The notes under the pieces are model-generated. The model saw nothing but the letters and a program-made list of their open reading frames with translations. It was not told the origin of the DNA and made no database searches. A stretch of 64,000 bases of DNA from Octopus bimaculoides. Lineage: Eukaryota. The stretch spans positions 33,595,269 to 33,659,268 of the forward strand of contig NC_068989.1 in NCBI RefSeq assembly GCF_001194135.2. The letters are read 5' to 3'. The stretch's first letter is position 1. The number at the start of each line of letters is the position of its first letter. Positions 25,330 to 39,600 of this stretch are shown here, one piece after another. Both the position numbers and the translations under genes were made by a program.

Positions 25330-26740
25330 TTCCTAATGGCATCAGTCTAGCTTTAGTCTTGGTTAAGTTTACCATAAGATCCTTCAATTCCAGGTTTTGC
25401 TTCCATGTTTGGAATTTTTTCTCCAAATCCTCCACAGATTCCACTGTAAAACAAGGTCATTAGCATACAGAAGTTCCCAGTGACATCCACTTTTGAACTC
25501 TGTTATGACTTGGAGGATTATAATAAAAAGGAGAGGTCTGAGGACTGAACTCTGACGGAACCCTACCTGCATGCTAAATTCATTACTGAACATTCATTAA
25601 CTCTCACCTTGCTGGCTGCATCTCTGTACATATCTTGTACAGCCCTCACTAGTCATTCATCTACCCATAACTCCTAAGTGCCCACCAGATGACAAAGCAA
25701 GGTACCTTGTCTAAAGCCTTTTCCAAATCAACAAATATCAGGTACAGAGGATTACTTCTAGCTAAATCTTTTTCTTGCAGCTGTCTCATTATGAAGATAA
25801 ACTAAGCAGTATCCCATCTTGGTTAATCCTGTTCCAAATCAATTTTGAAAACTCTTTCTGTAACTTTCATGACCTGTTCCAACAGTTTAATGTCTCTGTA
25901 GTTTCATCTGTCCAGAGATCTCCGATTTTATAACAGTTTGCAATAATGCTGCTACAACAGTCACTGGTATTACCTGACTGACTATTCAGGTGATTAAACC
26001 AAAACCTACCTCACTTAATATTTTAAGGATTTCAGCAACTATTTTCAATGGGCTAGATGCTTTCCTTGCCATCACATTCTTACCTTACTTATCTACCATA
26101 CTACTGTCAACCTGAATGGCCAATTCCCTCTCTTTGGTCTACTTGGAAGTAAACTCTGGCTCTCCCATGCAATTGTCACATTCAGCAGCTCCTCATAAAA
26201 GCAGTTTCATACCTCTTTCTTTTCATCATCAGTGTGTGATTAAACTCCTCTCTGATAACAGCTTAATTGTCTCTAGTACACTGTCTTGCTATTTAGAACA
26301 CCTTACAAATCTGATCCTTGCACTAAAAAAGCATGTGCAATTCTACCGGATGTCAAACTTTTACTCCTGTCATCTACTTTCATCCAGTTTGCCAAAGCTT
26401 GTCTCATCATTTATAACCCTATCTACAATACTATTCCACCACCATGTCAGATTTTGTCTGTCTGAGGCCAGTGATAAAGCTAGAGTGTGGGCAGCCCAGG
26501 ATACCCATTGAGTCTGGTGCTTCTTCCTGCCCTCTACATAGGTATATACAGCAAACCCAAATGTGCCATTCTCATAAAAGTATCACCTGAAGCAGACATT
26601 AACTCCACCTGTGCCACAAACTGAAACCTTGCTCCAACTACACATCTGGCCCATGGCCATTAGCAAGTTGTCCAGTAGAAACTCCCAGTTTTCCTCTACA
26701 ATTTAAGTCTGTATCTCCTCTTCTCTCTCATCAGATGCTT
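25330..26740 (-). mobile_element. Decayed RTE LINE RT fragment
   Basis: FSMQVGFRQSSVLRPLLFII..CHWELLYANDL; DLEKA(L)DK upstream. Confidence 0.85.
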
Positions 26741-27127
26741 CAAGTAGAACTCTTAGCCTCTAATTACTGGCTGCCTCTTTGAGCTTTCATATGTGTGTGT
26801 GTGTGTGTGTTTGTACACACACACACACACACACTTATAAAGAGTTCTTTGGTTACATAAGAATTTTTTTCATCCTGCTAATCTTGTAAATTGAGTTGCT
26901 TTCACCTTGTAAGTTAGAAATGAATATGTACAGTCCTGAAAATTTTTTGAGGAAAAGTTCTCTTCAGTACAACTTAATGTTGTTATGTGTGCATATATAT
27001 TAATACATATATGTGAAGTGTATGCTATAAGTATGCACCTTTAAATTGGCGTTGATAATGTAACTGAATGTGTATGAGAACATACAGGATTAAATATTTG
27101 TTACTTCTCACTTCTGGATTTTAACTG

Positions 27128-27853
27128 CAGTATGCTCCGTTGGATGTGTAATGTCAATGTGAATACCCGTCAGAGTGTAAGTATCTTGAGAGAAAAGCTG
27201 AACATTAGAAGCATCAGTTGTGGCGTGCAAGAGAGACGATTGCGCTGGTATGGACATGTGGTGAGAATGGAGGNNNNNNNNNNNNNNNNNNNNNNNNNNN
27301 NNNNNNNNNNNNNNNNNNNNNNNNNNNNNNNNNNNNNNNNNNNNNNNNNNNNNNNNNNNNNNNNNNNNNNNNNNNNNNNNNNNNNNNNNNNNNNNNNNNN
27401 NNNNNNNNNNNNNNNNNNNNNNNNNNNNNNNNNNNNNNNNNNNNNNNNNNNNNNNNNNNNNNNNNNNNNNNNNNNNNNNNNNNNNNNNNNNNNNNNNNNC
27501 CTGGAATGGTTCTTGTGTGGGTGGCACATGAGATGCACCATTTTGAGCGTGGCCGTTGCCAGTACCGCCTGACTGGCTCCCGTAGGATTTTCGAGCGAGA
27601 TCATTGCCAGTGCCCCTGGACTGGCTTGTGCAGGTGGCACATAAAAGACACCATTTCGAGCGTGGCCGTTTTCGTGCGGGTGACACGTAAAAGCACCCAC
27701 TACACTCTCTGAGTGGTTGGCGTTAGGAAGGGCATCCAGCTGTAGAAACTCTGCCAAATTAGATTGGAGCCTGGTGTTGCCATCCGGTTTCACCAGTCCT
27801 CAGTCAAATCGTCCAACCCATGGAAAGCAGATGTTAAACGATGATGATGATGA
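27128..27853 (+). mobile_element. Young RTE LINE 3' end (spans gap 27274-27499)
   Basis: MLRWMCNV..LREKLNIRSISCGVQERRLRWYGHVVRM, terminal module, (GAT)n tail. Confidence 0.93.
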
Positions 27854-29261
27854 TTATTATACACTTCACAACAGTGTTTCCTGGATTTTCAGGTGCATGG
27901 TAAAGTTAAAATGCATCCTAAATTTAATTGCTCTGTTACCTAACAACTGGACTCCCTTCAAAGTGCTTACTGCGAGTTCTCTGAATCCTTCTTTCTATTT
28001 GAGAATTTGGCTGCTATTTCTAGTGGGTTGAGTGAACACATACAGGCTATGGACTTCAGAAGAGTAAGGAGGGAAGTGAGTTTTTAGCTTTAATGTAATG
28101 TTGAGAGAATACAAAATGACAGTATTGTTCAAGCCTTTCCTAAAGCTATTAATATCCTAATTGCATTTATCATTAATTTCTCTTCTTTTTACAAAGATGG
28201 GGCTTGTGTGATGAAGTAAGAACTGTTACCTTTTGCTGAATAGAATTAAAGCCAAAACAACTACCTTCTATTAAGGATTGACACACACACACACACATTT
28301 ATATAGCCAGGCATCTAATCACAACCCCAGTGATTTCTCAATCATGGTTTTCCACTATCAGTAGTAACAGATTTCGTCTTAGCATGGCAGTGGGTACATA
28401 CTACTGGCAAAGCCCAATGAGGTAGAAATACACATGTTGCATTCTTAGCACTGCTGGTGGATGATTTTTGTCTGCTATTGATACTTTTGAATTATTAAAC
28501 ACAGAATGTCCTTAAGAGATGCAAGCTTCAGATGTATATTGCAGTTAATTTGCCTTCATGATGTATCTGCATTAAGTAAGATACACAGTTGGGTATGCAC
28601 ACACACAGTTATTTGTGTGTGTGTGTATAAATATATTTCTGTGAGAGTTAGAGGTTGAGAAGCCAACTAACTAAGGGACAAAATAACATGAATCTTGGAA
28701 AGCAACACTTGAAGTCTATGACCTATTTCTCTTTCCTATACCTAATCCATTTTGCTAAATTTTACTCCTCTCACACTCTAAGTCTTACTCCTATTCTTAT
28801 GCCCTCTTTAATAAGAAAAATATATTGTACCTATTAGTAACTGACTCTTGCATGTATGAGCTCTCCTAACCATTTAGACCTTCTGATGAAGACTAGAGGC
28901 ACACTCAACATCCAAACTCTATCTACCCATCCCTACAGAACACTGAAGAGATGGAGCTAGCATAGAGGATATCATGGCCTCTTAGCAGAAACAGCCATAA
29001 GGAACTGATCTTTTAATCTTTAACTCTTTTATGTATCACTAATATATATTTGTGTAGCACATAGTCTTTGCATATGTATGTATTCTTATAATATTCCCTT
29101 TTGTTTTGGAATAAACAGACATAATAGAATGTCTACTAGCTGATCTAAGTTATTTTTGTATCTCCTCCATTTTCTTTTTGCCACACATATATATNNNNNN
29201 NNNNNNNNNNNNNNNNNNNNNNNNNNNNNNNNNNNNATATATATATATATATATATAATAT

Positions 29262-29364
29262 ATTCAATTGTCATTAATTGTGACTGATGGTGCAGGATAG
29301 CAACTGCATTGCTAGAAATAAGATGTTATTCTGCACCATCAGTCACAATTAATGATAATTGAAT
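29262..29364. ncRNA. 41-bp-stem hairpin, candidate pri-miRNA / dsRNA element in intron 3
   Basis: Arms 29262-29302 and 29324-29364 are reverse complements except at three G-vs-T positions; 21-nt loop; no TSD evident. Expression unknown. Confidence 0.35.
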
Positions 29365-29609
29365 TTTTTCTTTCTGGTTTTATATTGTATATGCCCTTAT
29401 TCTCATAGTAGAATCTATAGTAGAATTAGAAAAGAAATTCCAGGTGTAGAAGCTAAACCTGAAATCCTGTGTCGTTATTTTTCATCACTACCTCTCCATG
29501 CCGGGAGTGGGTAATTTGCGCACCTGCTGCCTTCCTTAGGTGAGGTAAATGGCTTTGCTTGATATGTAGGAAAGATCTAGGTAAGAATTCCATATAATGT
29601 ACTCAGTGT

Positions 29610-29790
29610 AAGCTATGAAGGTATAAGCAGTTCAGTCGCATCACGGGAATGTTAATAGAGAAAGTAGTGTTTGTATGTGGAAGATGCCTAGGAGTTAATT
29701 AGCAGTGGAGGATGTTCTGAAAGTATAGCTGTTAGAATAAGAATAGGATGGATAAAGTCCAGGGAGCTATCATCTCCGCTGATGACAAAT

Positions 29791-29828
<38 letters not shown>

Positions 29829-31286
29829 AGTGAAAAGCAAATTGTATGATTCTTGTGTAGGAACAACAATGCTACACAGCTGTGAAACATGGGCTGCAAA
29901 TGCAGAGGACATGTAATAGCTAGAAAGAAATGATGTATGCACCAGTGGATGTGCAAGTATGATAGAGTGCCAAGGTTTTAAGAGAAAAATTAGGCATAAG
30001 AATGAGATGAAGTGTGCAAGAGAGTTTGACTGCACTGGATTGGTCATGTGAAGCTATGGATTCAGATAGCTGCATAAAGAAGTGTTAGTCACTGGAAGTG
30101 TATGGAACTTTAGGAAGAGGAGACCTAGGAAAACATGGGATGAAGTACTGAAGGCTGATTTAAAGATGCTGAGGCTCAGAGAGGAAATGGTAAAACTCTG
30201 AGTTGATTGGCAATATGCTGTGCTTGAGAAGACCTGTCCACGGAAAAAATGATGTCCTGGAAGCATTATTTATGCTTGTAACCCATTCTGCCCTTACATC
30301 TCATTCCCTTAACACCCAACCCTTGATTACTCCACTATCTAAGGTGCTACCCGGTGAATGTAATCTGAGGCAGTATCAGCACATATTACTCCTCTTTTCT
30401 CAGCAACACCAGTTACCTCTATCCCATTAGCCTCCTTCCCACATCTACACTATTTCACCAATCACCTTCTTTCTGTGCCCTCAGTTATCTCTTTTAATCT
30501 ACTACATTCTGTTCTATTTCATCAAACATCTCACATATCTGCTTTCATCCTCAGCGCTCTCTTATGTATGCCATCATGCTCCACTCACGATAGCCACCAT
30601 TATTTACCCACCACATTTTCCTTTCCCCTTCTACACCTTGCACATCGTCCCCACCACCTTCTGATCTATCCTTTTTGAGCCACTTTTATCTCTCACTTAA
30701 TCCTGCTCTCCATACAGATATTTCACATCAGCCATACTTCCTCTACTCCCATCTCCAACCATCTGTTACTCTCCCCTCACACATGTATGAAAGAATCTGC
30801 TTCCCCTTCCCTGATCCACTGTGTGTAGCCTCTCTTATACCAGCCTTCCTGTACCTTGCCAATCTGCTCTGCACTGCATCACTGTCATCTTTATCCCCTT
30901 CCAACAACTCCAAACCATCCCTGTATAATGTGCAGTAGCAATGTATCCCTTCTGTAGCAAGTCACCTATGTTTGTCCCTCAACCATACTTAGCCTTGGCT
31001 TAAAGCCACTTCATCACACTCAAATCACTCTCCATCATGTAGTAGTGGGAGATTTTCTGTTATCATTCTCTTGCAAGTTACATGGTAACCACACTTGTGC
31101 CAGTGACATGAAAAAGCACCCAATACACACTGTAAAATAATTGGCATTAGGAAGGGCATCCAGCTGTAGAAACCATGCCAAAGCTGACACTGGAGTTTGG
31201 CACATCCCTGTGGCTCACTGTATCCAGTCAAACCATCCAACCCATGCTAGCATGGAAAATACACTTTAAATGATGATGATAATGAT
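29610..31286 (+). mobile_element. RTE LINE 3' end with (CT)n insertion, ~0.8-kb pyrimidine-rich 3' UTR and terminal module
   Basis: LYDSCVGTTMLHSCETWA, HWIGHV, GTLGRGRPRKTWDEV, then UTR and ggcattaggaagggcatccagctgtagaaac. Confidence 0.85.
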
Positions 31287-31298
31287 ATATATATATAT

Positions 31299-31556
31299 CA
31301 TCATCATCATTTAACGTCCGCTTTCCATGCTAGCTTGGGTTGGACGATTTGACTGGGGACTGGCAAACCAGATGGCTACACCAGACTCCAATCTGATCTG
31401 GCAGAGTTTCTACAGCTGGATGCCCTTCCTAATGCCAACCACTCCGAGAGTGTAGTGGGTGCTTTTTACATGTCATTGGCACGAGAGCCAGTCTGGCGGC
31501 ACTGGTAACGGCCATGCTCAAATGGTGTTTTTTTACGTGCCACCTGCACAGGAGTC
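31299..31556 (-). mobile_element. RTE 3' tail, tail-to-tail with the preceding copy
   Basis: (CAT)n-ttaacgtccgctttccatgctagc...ctggatgcccttcctaatgccaac. Confidence 0.9.
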
Positions 31557-31590
31557 AGTCCAATGTTTTGTTCACATGTATATATATCAT

Positions 31591-31640
<50 letters not shown>

Positions 31641-31901
31641 ACATAAATAATATATAATTATATGCATATATCCATACATATATGTACATACTGACATCTA
31701 TATGTATGNNNNNNNNNNNNNNNNNNNNNNNNNNNNNNNNNNNNNNNNNNNNNNNNNNNNNNNNNNNNNNNNNNNNNNNNNNNNNNNNNNNNNNNNNNNN
31801 NNNNNNNNNNNNNNNNNNNNNNNNNNNNNNNNNNNNNNNNNNNNNNNNNNNNNNNNNNNNNNNNNNNNNNNNNNNNNNNNNNNNNNNNNNNNNNNNNNNN
31901 N

Positions 31902-31947
<46 letters not shown>

Positions 31948-33208
31948 ACATAAATAATATATAATTATATGCATATATCCATACATATATGTACATACTG
32001 ACATCTATATGTATGCATACAAGCATATATGGGTACAGGATGTATATAATTATATATTATTTATATTATATGATCAAACGCCATGCATTGCCTCCAAGTA
32101 AGTTATTTTATATTTTCTACTTCGCATTCTACTACTATTGCTGTCACTTCCTGGTCTCTATCTCTCTCCCTCTCTTGTTCTTCATCCTTTCTATTTTTCT
32201 CTCCCAACCCTCCTCGATTCTTCTCTTCCTTTCACCGTTCCCTCTCTCACTCCTCCTCCTTGACCCTCTCGTCGCTGACACATGACAAAAGGGATTCTTT
32301 CTTTCTACTTCCTGCCTTCCTACAGAAAAGACATGAATTTTTTTCTCTCTCATTCACATCTAACTTTGCGTTCAAAATAATAATTTTTCTATCGTCTTGG
32401 CCTAACAGCCCTTAAAGTGTGTTGTCACCGTCCGATCTTGTTCCCACTGTCCTGTTCTTGTTTACACTTTCAACCACCACAAAAATTTCCAAATTTTAAT
32501 TAATTTGCTTGCAGGAAGGACTGCTCCAATGAAGTCACGTATTGTCCTTGCCTTCGAAAAGCGGAGTAGATGGAGCAGGGACAACTGANNNNNNNNNNNN
32601 NNNNNNNNNNNNNNNNNNNNNNNNNNNNNNNNNNNNNNNNNNNNNNNNNNNNNNNNNNNNNNNNNNNNNNNNNNNNNNNNNNNNNNNNNNNNNNNNNNNN
32701 NNNNNNNNNNNNNNNNNNNNNNNNNNNNNNNNNNNNNNNNNNNNNNNNNNNNNNNNNNNNNNNNNNNNNNNNNNNNNNNNNNNNNNNNNNNNNNNNNNNN
32801 NNNNNNNNNNNNNNNNNNNNNNNNNNNNNNNNNNNNNNNNNNNNNNNNNNNNNNNNNNNNNNNNNNNNNNNNNNNNNNNNNNNNNNNNNNNNNNNNNNNN
32901 NNNNNNNNNNNNNNNNNNNNNNNNNNNNNNNNNNNNNNNNNNNNNNNNNNNNNNNNNNNNNNNNNNNNNNNNNNNNNNNTATATATATACTAACACACAC
33001 AGACAAATCATCATCATCATTGTAATAATCATTTTGACATCTACTTTTCCCTACTTAAATGAGTAGAAAGGCAATTTTGAAGATTTATCTGCTTCAAATT
33101 ACAGAAAAATATATTTCAGAAATTTAAAACTAAGGAATTTCAATATATTCTTCATATAAAATTATTTCTTTAATTTTTTTCAGCAGTAATTTGATATGGA
33201 TTACTTAC

Positions 33209-33401
33209 CTTATAGCTTTGTAAACGGATGAAATCAATAGAAATTGGGATGGATTCTTCACTGTTGCGATTTAACTGTTTAATCTTATCTAACAAATCGG
33301 CGAAGAACTTATAGCCTCCTTTTAGTACACACAGAACCACAATTCCTTGATTTTCTTGAGGGATTATATCTTGAACAATATCACGAGCTATTCGTTCAAT
33401 T
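33209..33401 (-). CDS. HPRT1: HPRT coding exon 3 (IERIARD...[13 protein letters not shown]...DFIRLQSYK)
   Basis: ttttatag/gtaagt, 193 nt (human 184 plus 3 codons); LKGG cis-peptide loop and Ser-Tyr of flexible loop II present. Confidence 0.98.
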
Positions 33402-35413
33402 CTATAAAATTATATAGTATAAAATGTACTTTTAGATAAGGATAAACATCATTTAAATAAAAATATAGGACTAAAGTTTTAACAGCCCTTATAGATATTG
33501 AATTACTTAAGTAGCAGATATCCTACTGTAATTACTTCATAAGTCATGTTTGAATAAAGCTGAGTTTTGTTTATATAATAATTGTTCCTTCCACATACTA
33601 ACTACATAAATTGCTTCATTAAATTCCTAGTTTCATTTATTCATTTTAACATTATCAGTCTAAAGAACATGACCAATAGTAACACAAAATAAGGAAAATC
33701 ATTTGATGACAACATTACAAAAGAAATGTACAACTATATTCCAAACTTTAAGGAACATCATAAGACCACAATCTCACATCACCTTTCAGCTAGTTTTCTG
33801 ATTGATCAATTCATCCACACACACACACATGCTACTTTTTCCCAAGCTAGCTTAAGCAAAACACTATTTACATATCTGAATAGTTACATATTGTAGGACT
33901 AATAGGTTTTAATGGCTGGACTTCTTTCTTTTACCATCAAGTCATAAAATATGAGTGAATCTAATTGACAGTTGGATAAACTGAGATAGTTAAAACAATA
34001 TTGTCTATCCAGAGGTACAATACCACAGCTATTGTAAGATATACAATTCTCAGTGATGGGGCAAAGACAGATTCTAATATCCCTGTATATACTTTACTGA
34101 AGATTTCTAAACATTTGTAATGTTTTAAGTAATTAATAAACTGGATTTCAGAACATGAGAAAAAAAAACTTATAGTAAAGAATTGACTTATACATATAGA
34201 TTTGAAAATTCTCAAGTTGTCAAGATACCAGATGATTGATTTCACATGCAACTGAAAACATAACTCAATTATATGGTCAATCAGTGGTACACAATTATAA
34301 AAATAAACAGTTGTCCAAATTTTAGGAACTATTCAACTCATACACAAAAACAAATATGAAAATATACACATAAACCCTTTTGTTACTATATTTCTAACCA
34401 AAATACACCTCTTATGTGTTTCAAATTTTAAAATAATCATGAATTTAGACTGGTTTAATATAACAGCTCTAACTTGTTTATTTACACACACACACAAAAT
34501 ATTCCTAAAATTGCTTGTATTTCTAACTTTCTTCCAAGTGTGCAGGAAACCTCAAAATATTTTTTTTACCCCTTTGTTTATGTTTTGTATAACAACTTGT
34601 TTCTGCAATAATTGATCCAAAGGAAAAAGTAAAAAAATAATCTAATGGTATTGTTTCTTTGCAAAGACTGAAACTAGATCTAATATATCTCCCCACAAAT
34701 AACAAAGAGAAACACTTTTTTAATTCATACTATATTCAGGTATGATTACCATTTTTTGTTTTTAATTTATCCCTATCAGAACTATTGTCAGAATTGTTTC
34801 ACTTTCAGGAAAAGAAATATCTGATTCATAATCATACACAGGGTTTTTACGCTTGTATATTTTCTTGAACTTTTCTTTGTCTCCTTTTGAAAATACTTTG
34901 AATTCAAACTTGCAGTTTGACTACATGAATTTTCATTCCGTAGCAAAACATTTCAGAAGATTGAAGTGGAAAAAAATGGGAAAAAAATCTCCAAAAATTC
35001 ACAGCACTCATATAGCAAGTACAAAAATGGAGGACAGTGTAACTTGATTGTTTACATGGTAAAATTATGTTTTTTTTTTAAATAATCATTAAAATATGAA
35101 TAGGTCATTCATTGGGTAGTATGGTAATGAAAGGGTTAATGGCTCTAAACACTAAATTAATAAAACTATTTCTTAGAGTCAAGAAAAGTTAATTCATTTA
35201 TAAAAAAATCAGCAGAAAAAATACAGCTGGTAAATAAAATGCACATTATACAGCATTGCCAAAAGAATGTAAAAAGTGATAGAGATACAAATTCTACTGC
35301 ACTGAAATAAGAAATAAAGTTAAGGCTATAGAATAAAGGAAAATAGATAATATCACATGCTATTTTGAAGAACAATTAAAAACGTAGCCATGGTTAAATT
35401 AGATGACACTTAC

Positions 35414-35520
35414 CTGTCATTAATGAGTCCTGCAGGTATCATAATATCAGTTAAATCAGCTTCATAATGTTTAGGAACACAGAACATATTCAAAGGATAG
35501 CCAGCATAATCATCTTTAAT
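35414..35520 (-). CDS. HPRT1: HPRT coding exon 2 (IKDDYAGYPLNMFCVPKHYEADLTDIMIPAGLINDR)
   Basis: ttttacag acceptor, gtaagt donor, 107 nt as in human exon 2; homologous to [36 protein letters not shown]. Confidence 0.97.
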
Positions 35521-36049
35521 CTGTAAAAAGGACAACTTAATTAGTACACTTGTTAGTTATTTCTCCACAATAATTTATTTTCTATTATAAGCTTCCCTCC
35601 AACTCACCTCATTACATCAGTTATGTTTTAAATAGGGGACTTCACATATTTTCCAGCAATATAATCGAATCCCAGCAGAATCTCATCTCACACTTCACGA
35701 ATCAATACAGTATATCTAATTTTTAACTCTTTCTTTATTTAATTAATTTTTCATGAGCTTCTTTTTGATGGAACAAAGGAGTTTCATACTGGTTTCTTGT
35801 AAGTTCATTCAACGTATTCTGCAGTATATTATACAAGTGCATTTTGAATGTGTTGATATCTACACCATGGAAATTCATGGTTTGAGGGAGGATATTAAAA
35901 AGATACAGAACTTTTAACATTACAATATTGCAATATCTAATCCTAATCTAGAAGAAAAAGACTAAAACTTTGGAAATTATGTCATATATATATCAGATAC
36001 ATACATATGTATGTCTCTATGCATTACATTACTCTTTTTGTACTCTATT

Positions 36050-37960
36050 TGGAGTCGGTTCCTGCAATGAGGAGGGAAGTAAGCTACTGGAGTCCTGTGA
36101 TACAAATGACCTTATGATCTGCAACACTAACTTCAGGAAACCAGCCAGTCACCTGTTCACCTATCAATCTAGTGGTCACACAAGCTAGATTAACTACATT
36201 CTCGACAGAGTCCAGGGAAAGTAGTTGCTTATAAATGTAAAGACCTTCCTAGGTGAAGAGTGCACTCATTAGTCATTAGTGACATCATACCTTGGGCTAC
36301 AAGGATTCCAAGAAGCTAACTTCTTGGTTTGCTTTTTGGAAAGAGAAAGATCTGGAAACTTAAGGATCCTCTCAATAGTTAGAAATTTTAAAACATTTTA
36401 ATCAAAGCATTTGGCAAAGAGGAGATAGTGACATATAACACTGAGGACAACTGGAAGTTCATACAAAACAACTTAATGAAAGCTACTGACCAAGTTGGTG
36501 CAAAGCCCCATTCAACCTAAGGTGATATGGTGGTGGAACATTGTAGCTGACAGGGCCATTAGTGTAAAGAAACAGGCCTGGAAGAGAAGCGACAGTGGAG
36601 AACTATATCAGATAGCCCCCTCTATCCACTTTGTGCAATTTATAAACCCCACCCCTGTTCACTATGGGTAGGCCTCAATACTCTTCAACACCATCTATTT
36701 CTCTCTCTCTCTCATTCTGTCTCTCTATCTCTCTCCTACCTTCCTTCTCCTACTGGGGTGGCCAAATCTCTCCTCTATAATAAGACAACCACGTCTGTCC
36801 CTCTATCATACTTTAACCTCTCGCCTGGCACACAGCCACTTCCTTCGGTTCCACTCTCTCTCAACTAAGAGGCTTTTGTCTTGAAAGTTACTTGGCACTC
36901 CCACTGGTGCTGGTGCCATGTAAAAAGTGGCTGTGCTGGTGTTATGTAAAAAAACCTGTGCTGATGCCACATAAAAAGCACCCAGCCATAGAAGCAAAGC
37001 CAAAACAGACAATTGGAGCCTGGTTAGCTCTCTGGCTTGCTAGCTCCCGTCAAACTGTCCAACCCATACCAATATGGAAAACAGATGATGATGAAGAATG
37101 TGACTAAGAGAATACATAATTCTTAAAGCACAAAAATCGAATGTGATCCAACTAGATCAAAATTGCAATCCTTCAGTTCTTGAGCACTCGTTTATTCCAG
37201 AGGTTATAATCGTATTTTCCTTCATATATTATCCATGGGAACTCCTATATGCTGATGATATAGTGCTCATAGGGGAATTTAAGAGGATATACTGGGCATG
37301 GGACCTAGAATCAAGAGGTCTTAAGATAAATTTAACCAAAACAAAGGTTTTACTAAGAATTAAGACAGGACCCTGGTATCTTCAGGGAAATGGCTTTACT
37401 TAATATGCAGAAAAGGAGTATGTATAAATTCCATAAACTGGACACCATATAAGCTATGAAAACAGCTTTGTATGTGACATGCACTGGAACAGTACATACT
37501 ATGAACACACTGGATTCTTTTGAATGCCTGGATGGCTCACTAGTAGTAGTTGATAGCTTTTATTACCTAAGGGATGTAATTAGCGAGGGAGGTGGCTGCT
37601 CCAAAAGAATAGTAGCCAGAGTAAAAGTGAGTTAGAGAAAGTTGAAAGAGCTACTGCCACTGTTGGCAACAAAGGTTTATTCCTCACAGGGTGACGGGCA
37701 GATTGTATGATGCTTGTGTAAGAATTGTAATGCTGTATGGTAGTGATACAGGGGTTCTAAACATAAGAGGACTTGAGAAAACTGGAAAAGAAGTGAACTG
37801 AGCATATGCTTTGGATGTACTGAGAGTAAAACTGGGTATAAGAGGAATCAGATGTAGTGTGCACAAAAGAAGACTGCACTGGTGTGGACATGTGGTGGTG
37901 TGTACGGGTGATGACAGCTGCATAAGTAGTGGTTGGAGTTTATGGAAGAGGGAAAACCAA
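36050..37960 (+). mobile_element. Cluster of RTE fragments (APE 36050-36620, UTR/tail 36690-37105, RT C-terminus 37220-37960)
   Basis: NEEGSKLLESC..LMICNTNFRKPASHLFTYQS; PWELLYADDIVLI; RLHWCGHV. Confidence 0.85.
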
Positions 37961-39029
37961 GAAGACATATACATATAACATACACGGTGATTGCACCATC
38001 TTCACAGTTGATTGCTGTCTCCTTGTTCTTCCTCATTGTCAGTGTCATTTCTGACTTTTTATCCATGACTTCTCAACTGACTATGTAGTTCTGTTGCACA
38101 TCTGCATGGTTTGAAGCATAGGTGACTACATACATAAGTTGTAACTTACAATGTGCTTCTGCATAGTAAGTTACAAAAATTTTCAATCATCAAAGGACTT
38201 TCAGCAGATGGGATGACAAATAAGATCACCATAAACAGACATTTGTTATTGTTACATCATTGGATTGCAGTGATATACACTTGTAGAACATGAGTACCAG
38301 GATTAGAACCGAGTGACAGGCCAAGGAAAGATGGCCCATAATCACATGAAATTGCAGGTTTTGCATCAATGTGTCCCTCTCCTAGAAAGATGCTATGACA
38401 ACTATGGGTCCCTCACTCCCAATAGCTTTACTTTATGCACTGACATCAACCAAGTGTATTTCTGTATCTCCGCACTGAAATGGAATGTCATCACATATGC
38501 TAGTTAACTTATAACCAGGACCATGACAGGTGCTACTTACTACTCCAGGTTAGAGTTGACCTGGAGACAATAGTGGCTAAGAGGTGGTCCCACACTCCTC
38601 AAAACCCTGGAACTCCTGAACCAGAGCCCCACTACAGCATTTAGTTTGAAGTCATACCCTGGATATACACAAAGCTTCACTCTGCTATTACCTTCTGGAT
38701 TTTATTTAGAGATGTTTGTACTACTGTTTTAATTGTTGACATTTTCTGTTTTTGGTGGATAGAGCTGTTCATAGTGTCTGTTCAGTTTGTATTCTTCTCC
38801 CTCAATCTTAAAACAACCTGCAACCAGTGAGGTAATTCATATGTTACAAGTGACATCTTACAACACATATTCAAAACTACCTCTGAGAAAACCCAGATAG
38901 CTCAGGAGGGTATCAAAAGATTATGTAGTGTCTGTAGCCAAATACAAAGTTGCTGAACCTGTATGTAAACAATGACTACCAGTACAAAACGGAAGGGTCA
39001 CATAGAAATGATATGCTACAGTCACACAA

Positions 39030-39600
39030 GTCATTTTACGTAAGTGACCACTCGTGGCATGACACCTGGGGTAAGTGTTTTTTACTATAACCCTGGGCCA
39101 ACTAAAGTCTTGAGTGGATTCAGTAGACAGAAACTGAAAGAAGCCCATCATATGTGTAAGTGTGTGTCTCCTGGTCTTGACATCACATGATGGTTGTAAA
39201 TGAGTGTCACTGCTATACAAGCAGTATCCTTCATTTCCAAAGTGACTCCTCAGACTATGATTAAACAAAAATGGAAAATGGAATGTCACAAATGATGATG
39301 ATGGTGACATCATTATCATCATCATCAAACATCCATCTTTTATGCTGGCATGGGTTGAATTGTTCAACAAGATCTGATAAGTCAAAGGATAGTTTAGAGC
39401 GCCAATGTCTGTTTTGGCAAGATTTCTGTGGCTTGATGCCCTTCCTAATGCTAACCACTTTACAGAGTGGTATCAGCACTAGTAAGGTCACCAGGTTATT
39501 CAATCGAGCAGGAGTATAATAGAGAAGGAAGCAGCTTTATACTATATGACAGAGGGAGAGGAATAGATTTGTTGCAGAAGAGTTACATGGCCACCTCCTG
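39030..39600. mobile_element. SINE fragment (+, 39030-39245) and RTE tail (-, 39300-39600)
   Basis: aaactgaaagaagccc SINE body with an alternative tail; gatgcccttcctaatgc core. Confidence 0.7.

Noticed and set aside
28880-28970. CTGATGA and CTGAAGA hammerhead-like cores
   Set aside because: No stem II followed by GAAA can be built.
31630-32015. ~80-bp tandem duplication across the 31709-31901 gap
   Set aside because: Identical sequence on both sides of an N gap next to (TA)n is most likely a contig-end overlap artefact.
35521-35700. Alternative first exon just upstream of exon 2 (gtgagt donor near 35607)
   Set aside because: Its ATGs are out of frame with exon 2 or stop immediately.
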